64,000 nucleotides of DNA from Centroscyllium fabricii (taxonomy: Eukaryota), in contig JBNRSN020000013.1 of assembly GCA_051313645.2 (NCBI GenBank), positions 72,664,001-72,728,000 of the forward strand, written 5' to 3'. How positions within the stretch are numbered: position 1 is the first letter of the stretch; each line of letters opens with the position of its first letter. Under the pieces are notes generated by a model. The model saw only the letters and a program-made list of their open reading frames with translations. It made no database searches and was not told the origin of the DNA. The position numbers were made by a program, and so were the translations under genes. Of the stretch, positions 11,251 through 23,477 are shown one piece after another.

Positions 11251-14200
11251 CCAAAACTGCTCGAGCTTTATACACTAGGAGCAGATACTGTGTGTCAAAA
11301 CTACAGGTGAAATTAATTTGGAAAGATGGTCAGGATAACTATTTACAATGTTTACGTTCCGTGCTTAACTTCTGATAGTTCAGACCGGAACACACAATAA
11401 GCGGGAAGTAAAAACTCGGCCTTGGGCGCTGCTGTCCACACATCGCAAATCCTCGTGTCCCCGAGACCAAAAGAGAGCCATTCGAGGCGATCGTCCATAC
11501 TTGGCCGCTTTTTCTTTTAACATCATGGATTAGCGAGCAGAATGTGGATATTAAGCAGCTCTTTGATCTAAGCCTTCGATTGGTAGGTCCAATGAATTAG
11601 TACATGCCTGCTTTAGGCTTTCAAAGTTGTGTTACTCATTGATCTTTTCATCTCCGAGGACTGTACTTCCCTTTCGGCTTCCCAAAGTAACAAGGCACTA
11701 TTTACATTAGAACAACTAAAACTGACGGAGCTTTAGGATTTTCGGTAACTAGACGAATAAAAGGAGAGTACAGCGCGTGCATGTTACTGGCTGAGGAGAG
11801 AACGTTTCATTTGGTGGCAGGGATGTCCTCAAAGGGTTAATCTACTACTTAAAAGTGTATTTATCAGATTTTTAAAAATCATACAGCGTTATTTTTTTTA
11901 AATCCGAGCAATGGTAAAAATCCCAGTGGCTGTGGGCTGTTAGCTCTTTTTGAAGAAGACGAGCAGGAGCTGGCATTAAAGGCCGTCTCCTCGAACAGAT
12001 GTCAGATTATTTCCACTCGTCTCTCAGGATCACCGCTGTAGAAACCAGACTACACATTCTCCCATTTGAAGACCACGAACCCGCCCAACAACAACATCAT
12101 TGTCTGTTCTTATTGCTTTAGAGTCTACAGCGGCAGCTGCGTTCTCTAATCACGATATCACCCCATTATATTTTATATATTGAGAGATATACACACACAA
12201 GCTGATTGCATCAACACAGGCCCAAGACTATTGGTGAACAGGGGCCCATATTTCCTCGCAGTGTTTTCTCACCCCAAACCTAATTGACTAACCAATTGCA
12301 ACAAATTACAGGGATTCTCTTGTACTGCATTGGACGGGGCCTTGATCGTCGAAAGCCTACATAACTACTGAAAGTAGCATGTGTGGATTTAGTGTGTAAA
12401 CAGACCCGCTGCATTTCAAAATGGACCAAACAACCCTTCCTTCAACTTACGATGTGCAACACTGTGAGCGGAATATAAAAGAAAACTCGCCAACAGAAAA
12501 AAAATGTAGATGCAGCCACATTTTGCACTATCAACGTATCTTGTTTCAATTCACAATACAAAGCTCGATCTACACCAATGGTATAATATCCCTTGGGCAT
12601 AGGTTTTAAACCAAACGGGTTACTAGAGAGGGCGTATCATTCAATTGTTAGACGATTCATTCAGGTTTGTAACCGGAAAAAAATTCTAAAACTTCATCAG
12701 CTGCCTTTAAAGATTTGACTGCACACGCTTTGTGCAAAAAACGGGTTTAAATGATTTTAAAAAATCCTCATCCTCTTTAAGCCAGTGTGTGATAGGACTG
12801 GAGTCTGGGGTGCTAAAGCCTTTCTGTGACCGCAAAACACATCAACACCATGTTTCAAATGCAGGGTGGGCATGATATGGGGGCATATGCAAGAACGTGC
12901 CCGAACTGGGCTCAGAAGTTTACTGCATTGAGATTGCGTCAGAGAGCCTATCTTTTTTTTACAATATTCTAATTATTTCAAATCATCAGCGTTACAAATC
13001 TGCTTGCGGAGGACCAACAGACTGCGCACTGGATGGTTCCTGTCAGTGGCCCAGTCTCCTGGCGCCGGTCACCTGTGTCATTCACATTGAAAATGGTCAT
13101 TTGGCCTCACGTGACTCACACGTCCTCCCGTGTAAACCCGGCCTAATCTTCCACTTTTCAGAAAGCGTTTGTTTAACATGTATCGTCAGGCAACAAGAAC
13201 ATGCTCAGTTGTCATCGTGGTCTGTTTTTCCATCCCTGCTATTTTTCATGAAATGTTTCCAATCCGTGTTCAAAGAGTTGATCAATAATTTATTCCACGC
13301 ACGTTTTTGGGGTGCGTTTTGTAAATAATTTGGATTGCATTTCAACATAAAAGGTGCCGTGCACCAAAGCTAGTTTTAATAAGATCGCCATCCTTTAGAC
13401 AGTCTCTGCTATTTTCTAATGCTGGTTATATTCATGTGACCTAGGCACGCTAGGGCTCATTTAGAAGCGGGTGCAGTCAGTCAAATTGCTGCAACTTAAA
13501 AATACATTTTACATTTTTTTTTAAGTGATTGGGGAAATGTAATTGTCTTCTGCAAATCAAATAAAAATAAAAGGATACCATGAGCAAAGTTCGACGCCTG
13601 GACTTAATGCCATCTATCCGATAAAGTTAAGCCACTACACACACATAATCAGGCCCAGTTTGGAAGATGCTGGGCATCACCAGAGTGCGTTTTATATTAC
13701 GTGGTTCCTGAAATGTGCTCTCTCAGTCAATCACCGTTAGAACACAACTCGATCTTCACAGCGGAGGCACAGGCCGCTCGGATCCTCCAAAGGGCTCAGC
13801 GAGCCGTGCCTTCTCGGCCCTTTTTTCCCACAAAGGTTTTTTTTTAACTGCTCGCGCTCTCAGGTTTCAGGGCTGGTCTCCCAGGGGAGGCAGGAGCGGA
13901 GTGCGCTTCAATCAAACCCTGACTTCTCCTCTGGGAGCACAGCCTGAAATCTGATCTCGTCCACTTACTGCCTTGCCTCATTCCACGCGTTTTCTTTGGG
14001 CGTAATAACCTTTTAGTTTATTGTAAACACAGTTGGGAGGGATGCTGGACCTTTGAACAGGATGTGTTGATTGGGAAATCGGTGGCGGGTGTACGCACGG
14101 CACATTCTGGCCGGCAGAAATGAAAAGAGGCGGCCACCAGCAAAGGCCGCACCGAGTAAATAGGTAACCAGACCAGCTCGTAATTAAATGGTTTCGTGCT

Positions 14201-17200
14201 TTCAGAAGGCCCCGTAAGAGGCCACATCGGCGAGCTGCTGCCGATTTGAAAGCAAACGCAGACGTTACAGGGAAAGTGAGAACAGATTCTGGGAGGGCAG
14301 TCGCGAATCTTTAAACAACATTGCGCAAAGAGCCGACTCACCTCGCCCTCAATACAGACTCTTAATACAATGGACGATTTCACCAAATTGTCAGGAGGGG
14401 TGTGACGCTCATTTTTACCCCACAACTTTTCTTTACCTTAGATAACGGTACAGAGAATACTTAAGGACACTCAGTGCAACGTAACCAACCAGAATGTGCT
14501 TAGCGTACTAAGGAATCAGGCATCCCCACAAATGCCTTTCCAAACTATTGTACTATCATGCCTTTAGTATTTTTTATAACAGCATACTATGCTCCATGCA
14601 AATAAAACATTACCACGTACTGCACATCCATGTGTCTTATAAACGTGAAGTATATTTGCACTACAGTGATGCATACAAAAACATTGGAAACTGTTATATG
14701 ACAATGTGAACTGGACAGGTTAAGACGTTAAGCAGGGTTCACGTTAATCAAGTCACCGGCACCGATCAGAGAACAGAAATATTTAAAGAGACAGAATCCA
14801 AAATAACAATAATCGGAAACTTCATATCTGATATTTTAAAAGTGAATGACATTTTGTTCTTGTGAAGATCGTGATAACCCATGCCACATGAGTACTTATG
14901 AAAGACACACACAAAAAATTCAATAACCTGTCTTTTAGCAGATGCTATTTGGTCGGCTGTGCAGCACCCGCATTTTTAAAAATCATTCAATTTACATAAT
15001 GTCAACAAAACGTATATAAAACAATTCGGGACAATGTGGGTCTCGATTCAGATTCACAAGTCCCTTTGCTGTCTTGTGGTCTCCAGTTAATCTAATCTGA
15101 TTTCAAATTCAACGTGACCACAATTGAACTATTTGAGCTATCCTGGTAACACGTGCCTGCACATGACGCAGTACTGGTGTGCAAATACCCGCCCCCATGG
15201 CAACATTTGATAGCAATTTGTATTTAGACTTCCTACAATTTACTGGTGTCTGGAGTGCAAGGCGAGTGCATTGTATTGAAATAATTCATACCAAATCCAT
15301 TTCAGTTCAGATGTGAATGCTTCTATAAACAGGTCAATATGTAATCAATTTAACATTTTACATGTAGGAGCCTAAACATTATAAAATTAAGATTCTAAAG
15401 ATCTGTATGCATTCAATGTATGACTTGCAATAGTCACGTTTTCTAGACGCTTTGATCTATCCATGTAAAAAAAAATTTAAAACGAGGCATGATGACTAAA
15501 CGCGTTTTTCTCCATATTTTCTGCGATGTTGTCAGGTTATAACACCCTCAAATAAATCAAATGCAATTGTAGTGTTATAAAAAAAACTAGTCAGAGGATT
15601 TCCATAATTAATATGCTAATTTGGAAATACTTAACTTTCAACATCTCTGTTCTTTAATCAAAGTGGCCAAAAACCTCTACATTTTTGTCTCGTGTTGTTT
15701 ACTTTCTGTTGTCATAAAAGTAGTTGCCTCCAAAATAATGCATTATGTTGCCTGTTGGAAATGTACAGCTAATTTTACAACAGGGAGCAGCTTTCAACCG
15801 CTGAATGCTAGTGGGCGCTAGTAACGGGTTTGCAGTTCCTCCAGAGGATCCAAGAAAAGCATCATCAGATATTGAAGTGTTAAATAGTGAATGAGTCTCC
15901 TGGTTTGTGTGTGATTCTGAAGCCGGCCTCCTAGTTACCAGTATGCATTGACTGCAGCTTGTAGAGAACAATGCAAGGACAGTTACAAATGGACAAGACA
16001 GAACGTTCCCAACAATAGTCTTTCCAGCCTTTCATTTATCGAAGCATGCGGCAAGGAGGCTCTGCCCAGTGTGCGCCTAACAGAGCAAGGTACAAACCTT
16101 CATATCAAGCAAGGCTTTTGCAGCTATAAAAAATACACAAAAGAAGCCACTCATAAAGCAGATCAAAACACCCACTGCAGGCCTCCTTATTGATGGAACT
16201 TTGTTCGGAAATATGATATTTTGTTAAAATGCGCGGGAGACAATATTTGCAAGAAGGTAATCTGTTTAAGCAATCGACAGACCACTGGGCGACAGCTGAA
16301 AACTCGGGAAACATGGGTTCAACACGCGCTGAAATGCAACTTGGAGATTAGAGTACATCGTGAAACTAGAGAACTAGCAGTGGAACTCTTGAATTGCGAA
16401 CTACAAAATTCATTTTCTATAGATTTCTGAACGTTGTTGTGCCACAAAACTCAACTAGGCGACGGTGTATTTGATCATACATCGAACTTTTGAATGTTAG
16501 TGGTCACAGCAGCTGTTACACCATTATGTATTCCCCGCAGCTGTTCTGATTCATTGTGTACTTTACAGAACCCTTATGTTTAATGTGGCCACGGACGTAC
16601 ACCGATGACGTTAGGAAAAGCTGCGGAATCAAATAATAGCATTATTGATAAATAATACAGGTAATAGATTCGTAAGGAAAATGGTCATCAAGAGTTGAAA
16701 ATAAGCAACACAATTAATGATTTCAAACTCTGCACTCTATTCTGGTTAAGCATTAGGTTCAATTATTGAAATGTAACACACCATCAATGCCAAAACATTA
16801 CACTTTATGGAACTTAGAAAAAAAATCGAGCTGTCATTTAGCTCGCTCTAATTTGTGCAAAGACAACTCGATGCATAAGTTAAAAATCCCAAAAGCTAGA
16901 CAACATTGTGTCAAGACACAGAGCCCCAATGCAATATTTATATGAGCGCGCAGGTGGCGAGTCCATGACCGTCCGGTATGAAACACGACCACCGATTGTT
17001 CCTATTGTCTGACTAGGGTTAGATTTCACTGCATAAAATGTGACTGATTGCAGCATCTATTGTAACTGATTGCAGCATCTACTGTAATATCATTTAACAA
17101 TAAATGTTTCTCCACAACTAAGTAAAACTTGGCATTAAGCATTCGTGTCCTTGTCCTCCGGTTACTATTCATTAACTGCAATGAATTCACATGGTCCAAT

Positions 17201-20200
17201 CTAAAAATCAACCTAATAATTAACCCCTGCAAACCTTTCAGTGTCTCAATGTGCGATGATGCTCTTGTATGTGGCACTTTAACCCATTCTTAGCAAAGAA
17301 CTGGATAGATAATGTCACGTTTGTGGGCCCTTGCATGATGAGAGGTTCCGCGTGCCTGTGCACCGATCTGTTATTCTAAGGGATTTTTTTTACTGTTGTA
17401 GCCAAATAGGTGTATTCTTGAAGATGCAACAGATGTCTAAAATAAGTACATTTTCACATCAGCGATTTTCAAACACTTATAACTAAAAATACAGCACTAT
17501 CCCCTTCTCTGGCCATGCCAGTAGTTCACATTGAATTTAATGAAACGTAGCTTGTTCGGTGTTTAGATACCTGTAAGTTATTTAACAGATTATTTGTCAT
17601 TTTTAATTTAGATTGATCATATGTCTGTTAATATGATTTCTCTTTATAAATCTGCTCGAGTACACGGACATCAGTGACGTGGCTGATTTGATCTTGAGTT
17701 AGAAATATTGACCTGATATCGACAGCCCGATGTTTACTAAATGGGACACTGTCGAGCCAGTGGTGTTGGAGCGGTCGGTGGGTGTGTGGAGGGGGAAGGG
17801 GAGCAGATGAAAAATCCCCAACTACGTCACTTATCAACCGTGTGTAAATATACAAAATAAATGACCACCCATGTATCAAGGGAGTCGTGTAAGTCAAGAA
17901 AGTGCATGTAGCGGATAGTAAAACCTTACATTTTAATGTCCAAAGTCACACACGCGTTCTTTTGGAAAACATGAAAGCATTGGGATGTTTTAGTTTTGTG
18001 TGAAATATACAACAAGCGCAGGGTAAATCTATTACTTGAGCGGCCAATTTGTTGAGAGGATCTAATGATGTAGTATTTCCGCCACTTCAAAAAATATCAT
18101 ACCTAATTACTGGCTTTGGCCACTGGAAAGCAAAGTTGGGCTACCTATTTTGTTGTACAGAATATGTAGGTTTGTGCAAATGAGCTTACTTTAGTCGACG
18201 TGCGTATCCAATAGTTGGGTTCAAGCACCAATGGTCCCCAATAATTGTGCTGAAATCACACACAGTGAACCAGTGTATCTTTCAGATGAATCTCTGAGCA
18301 CTGAACTGGTAGGCATTGTATGGTCTTAAACTAATGGCTGTAGAAGGCACAGCAGAAGTGAATGGTTTTGGTTTTGCGTTTTTGGAGAATTTTTGTGTAA
18401 AAGAACACGTTTTTTTCTTGCCCTGTCTAAACCCTACCAACGCCATGTCAACATCTAGTGCCGATCCTGTGGAGGTATTTAATAATATTTTAATTCCAAC
18501 CTTGCCCACACAGCTGGGTATTTTCGACTCTAATTAGGATTGTGAAGTCTGGCCAGTTGTTCTTGAAGTTGCCATAACACTTTCAAAGGGTATTTAAATG
18601 GACAAAGAGTACCTGTATATAATGTTCCCATGCAATGTTCCTATTTCAACTTATTTATTGATGTCCCTGATTTGAAATAGCCCCAGTAAGCAGAATGTTT
18701 GGCTTCAATTGGAATGTGTAAGCTGCCCTTAACTGGAGGAACAGGTCGTCCGGCGTCGAATGTTTAACGTGGATACGTCCTGGTTTAATTACATGCCATT
18801 TCAAAAATATTCGTGTGCTTTTAGTGAAAGTGTAACCCAATGAGAAGCAATTGTGATTACTCATTGATAAAAGGCACTGCACTGGTTAACTAAACATTAA
18901 AGGCTAGTGGAATTGTGGCATGGTCTACAGTTATAGTCAAAGCAAAAAATACCGTTTACTAATATAAAAAGTTACGGTGAAACTGAGATTTAGGTGACGA
19001 GAATGCCACTTTTAGAGTTGCAGAGAAGCTGAAATCATTTTGGTTGGAGATCGGCAGCATTAAGGTGTTTGTTTACATCCAACAGCGCGGCGGGACTCGA
19101 GTGCTCGCCAATTCAGTCGGTGTTGATCAGGGCACCTTGTGTAATCTGACAGAACAGCTTCACAGCGCCAATCAATAAACAATATTAGCAAAACCTTGAA
19201 AGTTGTAAATACTATAGATTCGAACATTTATCAATAACTGAAACGTATATAATCGATATATTCCTCAGACTCTTGACAAGAGAAATCGGTACACCAGCGC
19301 TAAACAAGCTCGCAGGATACTAATAAATCTGGTTGGTTTTTCTTTTAAACTGTATATTCCGATCGCGCAGACCGTGTTCACGCAAGTCAGCCAGCAGACA
19401 AAGGGAATGGTCCTGTTGTATTGTTGCCACTTCTACCTCAATCAACTCTTTTCATTCAGTGGAAACCCTTCAATCATTTCAGCATTACAAAAAGTTCGAG
19501 TAAATTTGCTGAACGAACGTGAAAGTACCCTAATAGACATTCAGTAATTGTATAAATGCAATTTAAAAAATCCACAACATATGTGTACGCGCACTCAACA
19601 AAGTTGTATCGTTTATACGCGGTGTATCAAGTGAAGATGGTGACACACGCACATAGCGACATGGAGGATGAACACACGTACAGATTTGCAAACACAAACT
19701 GCACAACACCCACAGCACCACACTCTCAACTAAACTTTCAACCTCCGATCGCTCCCTTCACAGGGCTGCGGTCCGTCTTTTAAGGAGACCTATCTGAGGT
19801 TCTGCTTTACTTCCCCTCACTTTTTTTCCTGCGATTGTCAGTCCCTCCTCCCTGAGATTGCAGGGAGCCGGCCACTGTTGTCTAGACCGATCGATCACTT
19901 AGACAGAGACATACAATACGGTCAAAACCTCTCAGTCAGGCAGAGCTGGTAGTTGCCACACGGGTACATGTCACCTTCCAGGTAACCAGCTAGAACCAGA
20001 ACAACCTTCACCACTAGATCTCACCTCAACAACATTCTGCTGGACTGCCAAAGTGACTACTGACATGATAGCCGGACGGACGATGCATTATTTATGCATT
20101 AATATTCTACAGCACAGACATATAGCAACGTTACCTTAAAAGGTGCTCCCGCAATAACCTCAAAAACACAGCTTGGACAACATAAATCATCACTGTGAAC

Positions 20201-20499
20201 CACAAAGTCCTTTGCTGTTACCGAACTCTTCGCTAATCGCTTAGTAGGCTGCAGTTATTTGTAAACTACCAACATATATGCAAATAATTCCGTTTTAAAC
20301 GATCAGTTACCTCTTTTTTTTAAAATAGGCTCTCATCTACTTACATTTTCTACTTGAGAAGGGGCACGATGTTTAAAAATAACCACGTTTCCGTTATGAA
20401 TTTTACCTGTGCTGATTGTTGAATAAAGATAACAAGCGCATTAAGTGAAATTCATTTAAAGCATTTGGTTAAATCCTGGGAGCGCAATTCAGCGGTGAA

Positions 20500-22035
20500 A
20501 TCGTCAGCGCTGTGTGGGGGGAGGGGGATCTCTGTGCTCGGTTCGGCTTTGCACGACTATCCTTAGTGGAAGTGGTCCGTGTTCCTTTGTACGACAGAGG
20601 CAGAGCGAAACACAATTCGCAAAAGCCCCAGTTCCTCTGCGGACAATGTCGATCGTATTTTACAATGCTTTAAAAAAAATAGGTGAAATTGGCGTTTGCA
20701 AGACAGCAAAACCTTACCGGCTGGGTAAAGAGAGCGACCGATGCTGTGCAGTAACGCCAAATAGATCGGGTCGTGTGCCAGATTACCAAAAAGTTGAGCT
20801 CGGAAGCACCGCGATCGCGCTCTGGCGATCCGAGACTGGAAACTTGTCCTCAAACATTCACACCAGACCCGCAACCGCGGGGCACAAACTGGGGGTCCAC
20901 TCTTCCTGAAACTGAAAAGTAACTGAAGATCGCAGGTTCGAGGGAAAGTCGACACCCAGACAGTCTCCGCTCAGCGCCTTCCCACAGCCATTCCAGTCAG
21001 TAGAAAAGCCCGGTTACAACCAATCCCTTCACTAAATAAAACCTCCGCTCACCTGATTCCAAGCTCTCCGCGGACTGAACACAGACTGGCTCCGCTGGTC
21101 AGCGCTCCTGCCGCATCCACGTGCCGTTTATGTTTTCTAATCGCCAAGAAAGACACAGAGAAGACTTCTCCCATCCGAGCGTGTGAAATGTGCGCCAGGC
21201 TAAGCTCGCTTCTCACCTCCCACAAAGTCCGGATATCCACTAGAAAAGAAATCCGTTTTATAAAAAAAAGTCAAAGGAGCGGCCGCTTGCTGAGCCTTGC
21301 CGGTCCCCCTGGGCTGGGCCGGACGGTGCGTTGTTGCAGCGCCGCGGGTCAGTGGCAATCCTCACTGTACAGGTGGTGATCGGCTGCGATCCTCTGGCAC
21401 CGAACACTTCGCAGCGCCATGTTGGCTTCTCAGCATGTCTGCAGCGGCCAAACCATCCGGTCTGTCGGCTCACTCTCACTCTCACTCCATCGCCTCACAT
21501 CCCCCAACTTGTCCAACCTCGGGGCCCGCTGGCTTGTGGAGGGAGGGGGTGGGCGGCGTTGGGGAGAAGAGCCCTCTGGCAGCTCACTGGAGCAGACGTG
21601 GTTCAGCGTCTACACACCAAGCTGGGGTTATTTTTTTAAATTTCCGATCCAGCCCAAGCGTGCAGCTCCGCTCCGAGACTGAGAGAAAAAAAACTCCTTA
21701 CCCAGAAGGCCAGTCGTTAACTTCAATTACCATAAACATCAGCCCCCAGCTCGCAACCCCGACACCACAATCTCCAGCCCCCTCCCTCCCTCCCTCTGCA
21801 GCGGGCTCACAGGCCGCCGCAAACACTCGGCGCCGCAACACGCTCGCTCATCATTGCACATCGGTTTCTGAGCCGGAACATCACCAAACAAAAAGTCGTC
21901 TGTATCATCAGAGCACATCACGTGAGATGTAAACAGCAACGGCTGGAGAAAAGTTTCTCTCGTTCGTTTCATTCGGTTCCAGGCTGCGGTCCTGTGTGTT
22001 GCTGAACTGACCTTTATATACTATATATATAGATT
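20500..22035 (-). promoter_or_regulatory. Main CpG island / probable promoter and non-coding first exon(s)
   Basis: Strong CpG enrichment. Minus-strand donors CAG|GTGAGC (~21052), TGG|GTAAGG (~21702) and CCG|GTAAGG (~20717). E-box CACGTG ~21918, forkhead GTAAACA ~21929, TATA-like tract with adjacent AAAGGTCA at ~22007-22031. Orientation is inferred from the donors. Confidence 0.6.
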
Positions 22036-23089
22036 TCAAAACTAATCGCTAGTTAGTGGGTGATCTTCAATGTGGAAAGATTAGTTCAGGGTCTGGTTTA
22101 CGGTTTTTTTCTGGTTATTGCCACTGATGAGCAATTCAATGTGAAATTATTACCCACGATGCTTATACATTATCCTACTCACTCACATTAGGGCTCTGAC
22201 ATGTGGCTGTTTCGTCTGCAGAGACACATTTGTACCATTTCCTATAATTTTACATTCAAATCAAATATATTAATTAGGTGATTAACCAGTTCCATTGTTA
22301 GTGTGTCTTTAAGGCTGGGATCCACTGTATTTCATGTCAATCAGTCCAGAAGTTTTGGTTACTTCCAATCATACTTTCCTTTTCAAAATTTCCACAGATT
22401 CCAGCTGGTAGCGTCTTCAAACTTATTTATTTGCTTTTATTGTACTTTGTGAATAAACATCACTCATCACGAATCTACCGACCGAAGTATAAAGACGCGA
22501 GCCACCCCATGGCATTTATTTGGAAATTGCAACATAGTGCAAATATGTAGCACACACACTTCATCACTTCCCCGGGATACAAAGTGCGTTTTTTATCGGG
22601 AATAGCTGCAGGCACGAACGATGAAAGGTGTAATCCCAGCGCTGGTGCTCGGCTTAGTGCGAGTCTCCAGCGCCACAGAAGCGCTTCCTTGGCCGGTCCC
22701 TGGGGAGTTGACCCGAAGGTCAGGCCGCTGTGCGCACGTCTCGCGCGGGAAACCTTCCATCAGGCGCTCAGTCACACGTACACTGCCATTCACGCACAAG
22801 GGACACCTATCGATAAATGACATGTATACTCGCATTCACACGTAGTCACAGTCTCACACACTCCTGCAATGAGTTCTACACACACATCTCCCCGCAGCCA
22901 CACTCACACAGCACATTCTGCCAGTCACACACACACCCTTCTCACACTCAAGTCAGTTACGCAGACAGCCGTCCAAACAATTGCAATTACAAATACAAAC
23001 TCAAGGCAAATCCCTTCCCTGGCACTAGCAGAATCACACTCCCGCAATCAGTTTCTGAAACACACACTCTCACTTCTCTCTCTCACACA

Positions 23090-23477
23090 CGGCACGGTGG
23101 CATAGTGGTTAGCACTGTTGCCTCACAGCCCAGGGGCCCGGGTTCAAATCCAGCCTCGGGTACTATGTGTGGAGTTTGCACATTCTCCCCGTGTCTGCAT
23201 GGGTTTCCTCCGGGTGCTCCGGTTTCCTCCCACAGTCCAAAGATGTACGGGTTAGGTTGATTGGCCATGATAAATTGACTCTTAGTGTTAGGGGGATTGA
23301 ATATGTGGGTTTACGGGGATAGGGTGGGATATGTGTCGGTGCAGGCTCGATAGGGATCGAGGGATATGGGGACAAGGCAGGGACAGGGTACTGGGTTTGG
23401 ATGATCAGCCATGATCTCATTGAATGGCGGAGCAGGCTCGAAGGGCCGAATGGCCCACTCCTGCTCCTATGTTTCTA
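23090..23477 (+). mobile_element. HE1-like V-SINE
   Basis: GGCACGGTGGCATAGTGGTTAGCAC...GGTTCAAATCC head, V core, tail GATCAGCCATGATCTCATTGAATGGCGGAGCAGGCTCGAAGGGCCGAATGGCC. Confidence 0.93.

Noticed and set aside
21053-21174. MGEVFSVSFLAIRKHK... ending at a splice donor
   Set aside because: Not recognisable as a protein N-terminus; could be a uORF or UTR, so not called as CDS.
23090-23160. tRNA-like A/B boxes (also in other SINE heads)
   Set aside because: SINE heads followed by V or Deu cores, not cloverleaf tRNA genes.
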